A DNA stretch of 64,000 nt from Campylobacterota bacterium (GCA_034717895.1 JAYEMD010000155.1:2813-66812), one strand, 5' to 3'; positions 12,274 through 21,291 are shown, numbered from the stretch's first letter. Made by a program: numbers and translations. Notes: generated from the sequence alone by a model not told the origin.

Positions 12274-12527
12274 CTTTTATAGATTTTAAAAAGCTTCTTT
12301 TAGATGCGGAAATTAGTTTGCCTAAGTTTGCACAACTTATAAAAGTAAGTGACAAAAATATACAATCTTACAAAAATAAGGGGGAAGTCCCTAATTATAT
12401 AGCAGTGATAGCAAAAACTTTTGCCGTTATGCACTCCAGTAATATAGATTACAGATCTCATATAAAAGAGCTTCGACTAGAAAAAAAGTCTAAAAACACC
12501 TGCGGCTTTAAAAAAATCAAAATTTAA
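12270..12527 (+). CDS. Small putative helix-turn-helix (XRE-like) protein, GTGA-coupled to the response regulator
   Basis: GTG start overlaps the regulator stop (GTGA). ISLPKFAQLIKVSDKNIQSYKNKGEVP resembles an HTH. 85 aa. Confidence 0.5.
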   Translation: MTFIDFKKLLLDAEISLPKFAQLIKVSDKNIQSYKNKGEVPNYIAVIAKTFAVMHSSNIDYRSHIKELRLEKKSKNTCGFKKIKI

Positions 12528-12611
12528 TAGTAATATAATATTACTAATTATCACAACTACTTATTTAAGACTATAAAAATATCACTTTTTTTTAATATAA
12601 TCATCAATTCT

Positions 12612-12666
12612 TTACAGTTACAATTATAGTATAGATTGGTTACAGTACGGTTACAATTTGGTTACA
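12612..12666 (+). promoter_or_regulatory. Helically phased direct-repeat array (TTACA/GGTTACA) upstream of the phosphate transporter gene
   Basis: GGTTACA occurs at 12638, 12649 and 12660, exactly 11 bp apart. A further GTTACA at 12617 is in phase (22 bp upstream), and there is a TTACA at 12612. The array ends about 45 nt before the pit ATG, just upstream of an AT-rich -10-like stretch. Confidence 0.6.
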
Positions 12667-12710
12667 AGGATATTTTCTTGTATTTATTTAGCAAGGCATA
12701 AGGGTGAGTT

Positions 12711-14291
12711 ATGGATATTAAGACTATAAAGTCAATGGAAGAGGCTACAGTACAAAGTCAAAGCGGATTTGCAAGAATTGCAATAGCATTTTTATTTATT
12801 GCTGCAGTATATATTTGGTGTTCAATTACACATACGGATGTAGCAAATAACAGCTTTTTAATTATAGGGGCTGTCTTTGGTGCATATATGGCAATGAACA
12901 TAGGTGCAAATGATGTAGCAAACAATGTAGGACCGGCTGTTGGTTCTAAGGCTTTAACAATGATGGGTGCAATAGTTATTGCCGCAATATTTGAAGCAAG
13001 CGGTGCATTGATTGCAGGCGGGGATGTAGTTAAGACTATTAAAAAGGGTATTATAGACCCTGGGATGTTTACCGACCCTGAGATATTTGTATGGGCTATG
13101 ACAGCCGCACTATTAAGTGCAGCTATATGGCTTAATCTTGCAACAGCAATTGGAGCTCCTGTATCTACAACACACTCAATCGTTGGTGGTGTTATGGGTG
13201 CAGGTATTGCTGCAGCAGGCTTTGCCATAGTGTCTTGGGGTACTATGGGTAAGATTGCTGCTTCATGGATAATATCACCTGTTCTTGGTGGATTGATTGC
13301 TGCAGGGTTCCTTTTGTTTATTAAAAAAAGTATCTATTTTAAAGATGATATGCTTTCAAATGCAAAAAAAACCGTCCCTTTACTTATTGCAATAATGACA
13401 TGGGCGTTTTCAACATATATAATTGTAAAAGGTATAAAAAAATTAATAAAAGTAGACTTTTTGGTTGCCTTTGGGGTAGGATTGGTGATAGCTGTAGCAG
13501 TTTATCTTTTAGTAAAGCCTTTAATAGAAAAAGCTGCTTCTAAACTTGAAAATAATAGAGAAAGTGTAAATACACTATTTACTATACCTCTAATATTTGC
13601 AGCAGCACTTCTTTCTTTTGCACATGGTGCAAATGATGTTGCAAATGCAATTGGACCGCTTGCGGCAATTAACGATGCAGTAATAGGTGGCGGAATATCT
13701 TCAAAAGTTGAGATACCGTTATGGGTAATGGCAGTTGGAGCTGTAGGTATAGCTATAGGTCTTGCCTTGTTTGGTCCAAAGCTTATTAAAACAGTGGGAA
13801 GTGAGATAACAGAGCTTGACCAGGCAAGAGCATTTGCTATAGCACTAGCCGCATCTATAACTGTTATTATAGCTTCTCAGCTTGGTCTTCCCGTTTCATC
13901 AACACATATTGCCGTTGGTGGTGTGTTTGGTGTAGGATTTTTAAGGGAGTACCTTTACAACACTGAGGCAAATCTTTTAAAAGAGACAAAGAAAAAGTTT
14001 AAAAAAGACAAAGCCGAGCTTGAAAAACTTCAAGAGGAGTTTGAAAAACTTGATGCAAATAAGGCTAAAACAAAAGATGATTATCAAAGAATAGTTGAAC
14101 TTTATAGACTTATAGATGATACGAAAGATCTTGTAAAAGATGAAAAGAAAGATTATAAATCGGTAACTAAAATAAAATATGTAAAAAGGGATGCAGTTAA
14201 AAAAATAGTTGCATCTTGGATCATTACCGTACCTGCTGCTGCAATATTGTCAGCTTGTGTATTCTTTATGATAAAAGGTATTATGAGCTAG
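12711..14291 (+). CDS. pit: Inorganic phosphate transporter, PiT family
   Basis: Duplicated PiT signature IGANDVANNVGPAVGS and HGANDVANAIGPLAA. Many TM helices. Charged coiled-coil loop before the last helix. Confidence 0.9.
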   Translation: MDIKTIKSMEEATVQSQSGFARIAIAFLFIAAVYIWCSITHTDVANNSFLIIGAVFGAYMAMNIGANDVANNVGPAVGSKALTMMGAIVIAAIFEASGALIAGGDVVKTIKKGIIDPGMFTDPEIFVWAMTAALLSAAIWLNLATAIGAPVSTTHSIVGGVMGAGIAAAGFAIVSWGTMGKIAASWIISPVLGGLIAAGFLLFIKKSIYFKDDMLSNAKKTVPLLIAIMTWAFSTYIIVKGIKKLIKVDFLVAFGVGLVIAVAVYLLVKPLIEKAASKLENNRESVNTLFTIPLIFAAALLSFAHGANDVANAIGPLAAINDAVIGGGISSKVEIPLWVMAVGAVGIAIGLALFGPKLIKTVGSEITELDQARAFAIALAASITVIIASQLGLPVSSTHIAVGGVFGVGFLREYLYNTEANLLKETKKKFKKDKAELEKLQEEFEKLDANKAKTKDDYQRIVELYRLIDDTKDLVKDEKKDYKSVTKIKYVKRDAVKKIVASWIITVPAAAILSACVFFMIKGIMS

Positions 14292-14367
14292 TGTTTAAAG
14301 CTTAAGTTAAGGGATTGTTAATAAAAATTGATTATAATTAAGCTCTTATATAAAGTAAGGGGTTGAT

Positions 14368-14850
14368 TTGATCTATTTTTTAATATATTTATTTACTGAG
14401 GTTATGATATCCTCTTCAATTGCCTCCCAAATAGGGGGTCTAAACACTTTTTTTGAGATAATAGTATCGGCTATTGTCGGTATTTTCCTACTTCAAAATT
14501 TCAAATTTTCTTTACAAGAGAGTATAAAAAAAGCACAAACGGGGCAGATTACCCAAGAAGAGTTTATAAAAACAAATGTAGGACGTGCAATAGGTGCTTT
14601 ACTTCTTATAATACCCGGTTTTTTTACTGATATTATAGGTGTTGCATTACAGTTTGGTTTTTTAACAATATTATTTTCAAAAATTTTCAAGTTCAAAAAA
14701 AACAATACCAATAACGAACATACCCAATACGGAAGTTTTCAATATACAAGCAGCAGTTTTAATAATGCAACTTACAAAAAAAAGGAGAAAAATAATGATG
14801 AGATCATTGATGTTGAAATCGTTGATGATAACAAGTCTATTAAGCACTAG
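14368..14850 (+). CDS. fxsA: FxsA family membrane protein
   Basis: TTG start with AAGGGG RBS. FxsA-like helices and the PGFFTDIIG motif. Acidic tail DEIIDVEIVDD. Confidence 0.75.
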   Translation: MIYFLIYLFTEVMISSSIASQIGGLNTFFEIIVSAIVGIFLLQNFKFSLQESIKKAQTGQITQEEFIKTNVGRAIGALLLIIPGFFTDIIGVALQFGFLTILFSKIFKFKKNNTNNEHTQYGSFQYTSSSFNNATYKKKEKNNDEIIDVEIVDDNKSIKH

Positions 14851-15676
14851 TATTTTTGCAAACAGTGTTAATGATGATAAAGTTGTTATATACGAAACAA
14901 AAAAGATAACAAGTCTTATTAAAAGAAATAAAAAAGTTAAATTAAATTCAATGAATTTGGTTTTAAAAAAAGATCTTAAACAAAACGGTTGGTTTGGTTA
15001 TGTCTTTAATCTTAACCTTGACGTTGGAGGAAAAAAAGCTACACAAAAACACTATGTATTTTCAAACGGTGAGATGATAGCACCTGATCTTATAAATATA
15101 AATAGTAAAAGATCATTTAGAGATACCTTATACCCGAAACTGTCAAATAGATATTTTTCAAAAGAACATTTAATAGCGGGTAATCCAAATGCAAAACACA
15201 CCTTGGTGATCTTTAGCGACCCGCTGTGTCCGATATGTGTAGATGAAGTACCGATGATTATGAAAAATATCATTGACAATCCCGACAATATTGCATTGTA
15301 CTATTATCATATGCCTTTAAGAATGCACCCAACTGCATCAACTTTATCAAAGGCATCTATGATAGCTTCAAACATGGGTATAAAAAATGTTGATTATAGA
15401 TTATATAATGCAAACGGTAAATACTTCTACGGTGAGGATAAAGATATGAAATATGATCCTTACGAGGAGAGAGATCATAAAAAAGCACTTGATTATTTTA
15501 ACAAACTGTTTAAAACAAATATAACAATGGCTCAAATAAAAGATAAAAAATGGGAAGATAAATTAAAATATGACCAAAAGATGGCAGAGGATGCTTTTGT
15601 TGGCGGTACTCCAACTTTATTTTTTGACGGTGAGATAGATAAAAAAAGAGATAAGTATGAAAAATACTTAAAATAG
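14795..15676 (+). CDS. Periplasmic thiol:disulfide interchange protein (DsbA/DsbC-like thioredoxin fold)
   Basis: I moved the start to the ATG at 14795 (AGGAG RBS 7 nt upstream, signal peptide MMRSLMLKSLMITSLLSTSIFA). CxxC motif DPLCPICV. cis-Pro region GGTPTLFFDG. Confidence 0.75.
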   Translation: MMRSLMLKSLMITSLLSTSIFANSVNDDKVVIYETKKITSLIKRNKKVKLNSMNLVLKKDLKQNGWFGYVFNLNLDVGGKKATQKHYVFSNGEMIAPDLININSKRSFRDTLYPKLSNRYFSKEHLIAGNPNAKHTLVIFSDPLCPICVDEVPMIMKNIIDNPDNIALYYYHMPLRMHPTASTLSKASMIASNMGIKNVDYRLYNANGKYFYGEDKDMKYDPYEERDHKKALDYFNKLFKTNITMAQIKDKKWEDKLKYDQKMAEDAFVGGTPTLFFDGEIDKKRDKYEKYLK

Positions 15677-15687
15677 AAGGGAAGTTT

Positions 15688-16647
15688 TTGGAAAAATTAA
15701 TAATAGCAACAAGAGCAAGCGATCTGGCACTTTGGCAAGCATATCATATTAAAGAGAGAATTGAAGCTTCATACCCTGATATAGAAGTTGAACTAAATAA
15801 AATTACGAGTAAGGGAGATAAAGTACTTGACAAGCCTCTGGCACTTATTGGCGGTAAGGGACACTTTACAAAAGAGCTTGAAGATGAGATGCTTGCAGGC
15901 AATGCAGACCTTGCTGTGCATAGTTTAAAAGATGTACCTACTTATATGCCCGTTGGATTAGAACTGTCGGCAATTACAACAAGACAAGATCAAAGTGATG
16001 TTTTTCTATCACATAAATATAAAAGTTTAGATGATCTTCCTAAAGGTGCAGTTGTGGGGACTACAAGTTTAAGAAGAAGAATGCAGCTATTAAGTAAAAG
16101 ACCGGACCTAAAAGTAAAAGATCTAAGAGGTAATGTTAATACTCGCCTTAGAAAACTTTCTGAAGGTCAGTATGATGCTATTATCTTAGCATTTATAGGA
16201 CTTCACAGACTTGATCTTTTAAAAGATATCCCGTATACTCAAAAACTACCGTTAGATATGATGATACCACCTATGGGTCAAGCAGCACTTGGTATTCAAA
16301 TAATAAGTGCAAACGATAAGGTTAGAGAGATAGCAAGTATCGTAAATGATGAAAATACTTTTATCTGTACAAAACTTGAAAGAGATTTTATCTCTAAAAT
16401 AGAAGCAGGTTGTTCGGCACCTGTTGCAGTAAATGCAACAATAGATAAGGATACTATTACTATTCAAAGCATGATAGGTTTTCCGGACGGCACTAATATT
16501 ATGCAAAAATCATTAAGCAGCGATATTAAGAGTTGTGATAATTTAGGAAATGAATTAGCGGATATAATGATAAAAAACGGTGTCATGGATATTTTAAAAG
16601 ATGCTGAAAAAATTGCATTTAAAGATGAGATGCCGCAAAGGATATAA
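15688..16647 (+). CDS. hemC: Hydroxymethylbilane synthase (porphobilinogen deaminase)
   Basis: TTG start. IATRASDLALWQA, GTTSLRRR, and cofactor-Cys region EAGCSAPVA. Confidence 0.93.
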   Translation: MEKLIIATRASDLALWQAYHIKERIEASYPDIEVELNKITSKGDKVLDKPLALIGGKGHFTKELEDEMLAGNADLAVHSLKDVPTYMPVGLELSAITTRQDQSDVFLSHKYKSLDDLPKGAVVGTTSLRRRMQLLSKRPDLKVKDLRGNVNTRLRKLSEGQYDAIILAFIGLHRLDLLKDIPYTQKLPLDMMIPPMGQAALGIQIISANDKVREIASIVNDENTFICTKLERDFISKIEAGCSAPVAVNATIDKDTITIQSMIGFPDGTNIMQKSLSSDIKSCDNLGNELADIMIKNGVMDILKDAEKIAFKDEMPQRI

Positions 16648-16648
16648 T

Positions 16649-17038
16649 ATGAAAAGATTACTATTATATATAGTATCTTTATCTTTGTTGTCAATCTCTT
16701 TAAGTGCACAAGGGTTAAAACATACAACTTCGTACACTGAAGGTTTAAAAGATGCTATATCTCAAAAAAAGCCTATGGTTATATTTATGTACGGAAATAA
16801 CTGCCCTTGGTGTTCACGTATGGAGAAAACAACCCTCAGTAATAAAGAGGTTGTTGAATACCTAAATAAAAATTTTGTATTTGTGGCATTGAATCAAGAT
16901 AGAGGCGGTTTCCCAAAAAAATATACCCCAAAAGGGGTACCTACCACATATATTGTAAATCCTGAAAATGAAAGGATAATATATACAATGATGGGGTATA
17001 AAGAGAGTCAGAAGTTTTTATCAAGACTGAAACTTTAA
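16649..17038 (+). CDS. Secreted thioredoxin-fold protein (CPWC)
   Basis: Start taken at the ATG at 16649, one nt after the hemC stop. Signal peptide MKRLLLYIVSLSLLSISLSA. Motif YGNNCPWCSRME. Confidence 0.7.
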   Translation: MKRLLLYIVSLSLLSISLSAQGLKHTTSYTEGLKDAISQKKPMVIFMYGNNCPWCSRMEKTTLSNKEVVEYLNKNFVFVALNQDRGGFPKKYTPKGVPTTYIVNPENERIIYTMMGYKESQKFLSRLKL

Positions 17039-17066
17039 TATAAATTTAGAACAAAGGATAATTAAG

Positions 17067-17810
17067 ATGAAATTTACAGGATCTAACGTATTAGTAACAG
17101 GAGCCAGCAAAGGTATAGGAGCTGAAGTTGCAAAAGAGCTTGCAAAATACGGTTTAAAAGTATGGATAAACTATAGAAGTAAACCGGAACTTGCAGATGC
17201 CGTAAAAGAACAAATAGAAGTAGAAGGGGGAACGGCAGCCGTTATAAAAGGTGACGTATCTGTAGAAGCTGATTGGTCAGAGATGATAAAAACAATTGTA
17301 GACAGTGACGGTGCATTATCTTATCTTGTAAACAATGCAGGTATAACAAAAGATAAACTTGCGATTAGAATGAGTGTTGATGATTTTGATGATGTTATAA
17401 ATGCCAATCTAAAATCAACTTTCATAGGGTGTAGAGATGCACTGAAATCTATGAGCAAGAAAAAATTTGGAGCAGTAGTAAATATCTCCTCAATAGTTGG
17501 TGAGATGGGAAATCCGGGTCAAACAAACTATTCCGCATCAAAAGGTGGAGTAAATACGATGACAAAATCTTTTGCAAAAGAGGGTGCAGCCCGTGCTATT
17601 AGATTTAACGCTATAACTCCTGGATTTATAAGAACAGATATGACAGATGAATTAAAACAGGAAGTAAAAGATGAATATACAAAAAACATCCCTTTAAAAA
17701 GATTTGGTGAAGCAAAAGAGGTAGCTGATGCAGTAGCATTTTTACTAAGTGATCACTCAAGTTATATTACAGGTGAGATATTAAAAGTAAACGGCGGTTT
17801 ATACGTTTAG
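17067..17810 (+). CDS. fabG: 3-oxoacyl-ACP reductase
   Basis: SDR motifs TGASKGIG, NNAG, YSASK. Located upstream of acpP. Confidence 0.93.
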   Translation: MKFTGSNVLVTGASKGIGAEVAKELAKYGLKVWINYRSKPELADAVKEQIEVEGGTAAVIKGDVSVEADWSEMIKTIVDSDGALSYLVNNAGITKDKLAIRMSVDDFDDVINANLKSTFIGCRDALKSMSKKKFGAVVNISSIVGEMGNPGQTNYSASKGGVNTMTKSFAKEGAARAIRFNAITPGFIRTDMTDELKQEVKDEYTKNIPLKRFGEAKEVADAVAFLLSDHSSYITGEILKVNGGLYV

Positions 17811-17877
17811 TCACGTAACTTTTAATATATAGATATTAAACAGCAACTTATAAATTATATAATTTTTAATATATCTA

Positions 17878-17886
17878 TGTTATAAT
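17878..17886 (+). promoter_or_regulatory. Extended -10 promoter element for acpP
   Basis: TGtTATAAT lies 33 nt upstream of the acpP ATG. AAGGA RBS at about 17908. Confidence 0.5.
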
Positions 17887-17918
17887 ATTTTGAAAATTTA
17901 TAAAATAAAGGAACTTAA

Positions 17919-18143
17919 ATGTTAGAAAAAGTAAAAGCAGTTGTAGTAGACCAATTAGATTGTAATCCTGATGAAGTAAAAGAAGATTCAAAGTTTATTG
18001 AGGATCTAGGTGCAGATTCACTAGATGTAGTTGAATTAGTTATGGCATTAGAGGAAGAGTTTGATATCGAGATTCCAGATGAAGATGCTGAGTCTATCTT
18101 AACTGTTGCAGATGCAATCAAATATATAGAAGATAACAAGTAG
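17919..18143 (+). CDS. acpP: Acyl carrier protein
   Basis: Phosphopantetheine site [12 protein letters not shown]. 74 aa. Confidence 0.97.
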   Translation: MLEKVKAVVVDQLDCNPDEVKEDSKFIEDLGADSLDVVELVMALEEEFDIEIPDEDAESILTVADAIKYIEDNK

Positions 18144-18153
18144 TAGATAAAAT

Positions 18154-18177
18154 AGAACGGTTCTGCCGTTCTGTTTT
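18154..18177 (+). terminator. Hairpin/attenuator between acpP and fabF
   Basis: AGAACGG-ttctg-CCGTTCT (7-bp stem) followed by gTTTT. Confidence 0.55.
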
Positions 18178-18256
18178 AAACTAAATAAAGCTTATAATGT
18201 GGGTTTTGTTTAGTTTAAAATTTAAATGATAAATATAAATGTTGGAGAGATAATAG

Positions 18257-19510
18257 ATGCAAAGAGTTGTAGTAACGGGAATAGGGATGATTAATGCACT
18301 AGGACACAGTGTAGAGGAGTCTTTTAAAGCGATTGTAGACGGTCAGACAGGTGTGGATAAGATAAGTTTGTTTGATGCTGAACAATTTTCTGCACAAATT
18401 GCTGCAGAGGTAAAAGAGTTTGATCCTACAGCAATCTTAGGTAAAAAAGAATCTAAAAAAGCGGATAGATTTATCCACTTAGGTATACACGCAGCAGTTG
18501 AAGCTATGAGTGATGCAGATATTATTACTGATAATAAGGTTGATAATTCTATAGCCGATGATTTTGGTATAGTATCAGCTTCAGGTATCGGAGGTCTTCC
18601 AAATATAGAGAAGAACTCGGTAATTTGTGGAAATAGAGGACCTTCAAAGATCTCTCCGTTTTTTATTCCATCTTCATTAGTTAATATGTTAGGTGGATTT
18701 ATCTCTATTCAGCACAATTTAAAAGGTCCTAACCTTTCTGTTGTAACAGCATGTGCAGCAGGTACTCACGCAATCGGTGAAGCTGTTAAGACTATAGTTA
18801 TGGGTGGAGCTTCTAAAATGTTGGTTATCGGTGCAGAGAGTGCCGTATGTGGTGCAGGTGTCGGTGGATTTGCATCTATGAAAGCATTAAGTACTAGAAA
18901 TGATGATCCAAAAACAGCTTCAAGACCTTTTGATAAAAACAGAGATGGATTTATTATGGGTGAGGGTGCAGGAGCACTTGTGATTGAAACACTTGAATCA
19001 GCTCAAGCTAGAGGTGCTAAGATATATGCCGAAATTATCGGATTCGGAGAGAGCGGCGATGCAAATCATATCACTACTCCTACACAAGACGGTCCTTTAA
19101 GAGCTATGAAAGCAGCTTATAAAATGGCACAGAATAATACGGAAGGTGAACTTAAAATTGATTATGTAAATGCTCACGGTACAAGTACTCCCGTGAATGA
19201 TAAAAATGAAACTGCGGCTCTTAAAGAGTTGTTTGGCGGTGCTGAAAACTGCCCTCCTATAACATCAACAAAAGGTCAGATAGGTCATTGTTTAGGTGCA
19301 GCAGGTGCACTTGAAGCAATAATCTCTATAAAAGCTATGCAAGAGGGTGTCATCCCTCCAACTATTAATCAAATCGAATCTGATGAAAATTGTGATCTTG
19401 ATTATGTACCAAACTGCGCAAGAGAAGCGGAACTTAATACGGTAATGAGCAACTCATTTGGTTTCGGTGGAACTAACGGTGTTGTAATTATGAGAAAATT
19501 TGAAGCTTAG
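18257..19510 (+). CDS. fabF: 3-oxoacyl-ACP synthase II
   Basis: Active-site Cys VVTACAAGTHA and catalytic His motifs NAHGTSTP and GHCLGAAG. Confidence 0.95.
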   Translation: MQRVVVTGIGMINALGHSVEESFKAIVDGQTGVDKISLFDAEQFSAQIAAEVKEFDPTAILGKKESKKADRFIHLGIHAAVEAMSDADIITDNKVDNSIADDFGIVSASGIGGLPNIEKNSVICGNRGPSKISPFFIPSSLVNMLGGFISIQHNLKGPNLSVVTACAAGTHAIGEAVKTIVMGGASKMLVIGAESAVCGAGVGGFASMKALSTRNDDPKTASRPFDKNRDGFIMGEGAGALVIETLESAQARGAKIYAEIIGFGESGDANHITTPTQDGPLRAMKAAYKMAQNNTEGELKIDYVNAHGTSTPVNDKNETAALKELFGGAENCPPITSTKGQIGHCLGAAGALEAIISIKAMQEGVIPPTINQIESDENCDLDYVPNCAREAELNTVMSNSFGFGGTNGVVIMRKFEA

Positions 19511-19529
19511 GCGAAGTGGGTAATATTAT

Positions 19530-20462
19530 ATGGCAACATATTTAGATTTTGAAGAAAGCTTGAAAAAAATAGAAGATGAGATAATTGTTGCTAAAACAAA
19601 AGCAGATGAATATGCTGTGTCGATTTTAGAAAAGAAATTAGCAGCAGAAGTTGAAAAAACTTATAGTAATCTCTCTGATTTTCAAAAGTTGAAATTAGCA
19701 AGACACCCTGACAGGCTTTATGCACTTGATTATATAAGAGGATTGATGACGGATGCTTATGAGATACATGGAGACAGACATCTTGCAGATGATCAGGCAA
19801 TCGTATGTTATATTGGTAAGATAGGTGATCAAAAGTGTGTAGTGATCGGTGAACAAAAAGGTAGAGGTGTAAAAAACAAGATCAAAAGAAATTTTGGTAT
19901 GCCTAATCCTGAAGGATACAGAAAAGCACTAAGAGCAGCTAAAATGGCTGAAAAATTTAACTTACCTATCCTTTTCCTGGTTGATACTCCCGGAGCTTAT
20001 CCCGGTATCGGTGCAGAAGAGAGAAGTCAAAGCGAAGCGATTGCCAGAAATCTATTTGAACTTAGTGATCTTGATACTATAATAGTATCGGTAGTTATAG
20101 GTGAGGGTGGATCCGGTGGAGCACTTGCAATCTCTGTAGGTGATAAGTTAGCGATGATGAGATACAGTGTTTATTCAGTTATCTCTCCGGAAGGTTGTGC
20201 TTCAATCCTTTGGAAAGATCAAGCGATGGTAGAAACTGCCACAAATGCACTTAAAATCACATCCTCAGATCTAAAAGAATACAATCTTATAGATGATGTT
20301 ATAAATGAACCTTTAATTGGAGCACACAGAAATAAAGAAGATGCTATAAAAGCTCTTGGTGATTATTTCATTGATGCAGTTGAAGAGTTAAAAAACGTAT
20401 CACATGAAGAGAGACAAGCAAAAAGATATGACAGATTAATGGAGCTTGGCAGCTTCTCATAA
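19530..20462 (+). CDS. accA: Acetyl-CoA carboxylase carboxyltransferase alpha subunit
   Basis: [23 protein letters not shown] and [10 protein letters not shown] motifs. Confidence 0.95.
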   Translation: MATYLDFEESLKKIEDEIIVAKTKADEYAVSILEKKLAAEVEKTYSNLSDFQKLKLARHPDRLYALDYIRGLMTDAYEIHGDRHLADDQAIVCYIGKIGDQKCVVIGEQKGRGVKNKIKRNFGMPNPEGYRKALRAAKMAEKFNLPILFLVDTPGAYPGIGAEERSQSEAIARNLFELSDLDTIIVSVVIGEGGSGGALAISVGDKLAMMRYSVYSVISPEGCASILWKDQAMVETATNALKITSSDLKEYNLIDDVINEPLIGAHRNKEDAIKALGDYFIDAVEELKNVSHEERQAKRYDRLMELGSFS

Positions 20463-20470
20463 CAGGAACT

Positions 20471-20496
20471 TATCGACGGTATTAATACTGTCGATA
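20471..20496 (+). terminator. 26-nt near-perfect palindrome after accA (hairpin without T-run)
   Basis: TATCGACGGTATT|AATACTGTCGATA. 13-nt arms with one G-T mismatch. Starts 9 nt after the accA stop. No U-tract follows. Confidence 0.45.
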
Positions 20497-20553
20497 GATA
20501 CTATTCAATTTAATACAATCAATTTTATTATAAATATCTTCTAAGGAGATAAT

Positions 20554-21291
20554 ATGAATTTTTATTCAGTAATAATCGGTACGGAGCTTTTAAACGGAAG
20601 AAGAACAGATAGACATTTTGAGTTTTTAAATCAAGAACTTTTAAAAAGAGGCTGGGAACAAAAAGCAAGTTTTGTAATAAAAGATGAGCCAAAGTTTATT
20701 GAGGATATTTTTAAACTTATAAAAAGTGATCCTGATGCCGTTATGTTCAGTTTTGGAGGGATTGGTGCTACTCCTGACGATTATACGAGAGTTGCAGCTG
20801 CAAATGTGTTTACAAATGGGAAGATGGAGATAGATGAAACTGCAAAAAAGATGATAGTAGATAAATTTGGAGATGAAGCATACCCACATAGGATAAATAT
20901 GGCAAATCTACCTCTTGATCCTATATTGTTAAAAAATGTAGTAACCAACGTACCGGGCTTTGGTCTGGAACAGAAGTATTTTTTCGTACCCGGTTTCCCT
21001 TCTATGGCACAAAGTATGGTAGTTGAAGCACTAGATAGATATTATCCTCTTAATAAATCTAAAACAAGGTATACATTAAAAGCACAATGCAGTGAGAATG
21101 ATCTTATAGGTACGATGAAAAAAATACCGACGAGTGTAGATTTTTCATCTCTTCCGCAGATACATGAGGATAAGAGAGCAGTTGTTATATCCGTAGCTTC
21201 CTATAGCAATGAAGAAGCGAAAAAATATATTGATATATTCATCCGGTTTTTAGAAACAAATCATATCAAATATGTTTTGGGAGAAGATTAA
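20554..21291 (+). CDS. CinA-like / MoCF-biosynthesis (molybdopterin-binding) domain protein
   Basis: IIGTELLNGRRTD...FSFGGIGATPDDYT is typical of the CinA N-terminal MoCF domain. Confidence 0.7.
   Translation: MNFYSVIIGTELLNGRRTDRHFEFLNQELLKRGWEQKASFVIKDEPKFIEDIFKLIKSDPDAVMFSFGGIGATPDDYTRVAAANVFTNGKMEIDETAKKMIVDKFGDEAYPHRINMANLPLDPILLKNVVTNVPGFGLEQKYFFVPGFPSMAQSMVVEALDRYYPLNKSKTRYTLKAQCSENDLIGTMKKIPTSVDFSSLPQIHEDKRAVVISVASYSNEEAKKYIDIFIRFLETNHIKYVLGED

Noticed and set aside
12758-13228. Antisense ORFs inside pit (156 aa), and similar ones inside aroA (57825-58325), the MCP gene (2105-2431), hslV (22561-22938) and pheT (55201-55542)
   Set aside because: All are opposite genes with clear family motifs. 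They are Ala/Ile/Ser/Pro-rich mirror translations and have no independent start signals.
13960-14200. The highly charged K/E/D-rich coiled-coil segment inside the PiT transporter, considered as a domain insertion or fusion
   Set aside because: PiT-family proteins commonly carry a large hydrophilic cytoplasmic loop before the last helix. The flanking GANDVAN repeats and final TM helix are intact, so this looks like normal family architecture.
14765-14794. The listed start (ATG 14765) of the Dsb-like ORF
   Set aside because: The extension MQLTKKRRKI precedes the obvious signal peptide and contains the AGGAG RBS that serves the ATG at 14795.
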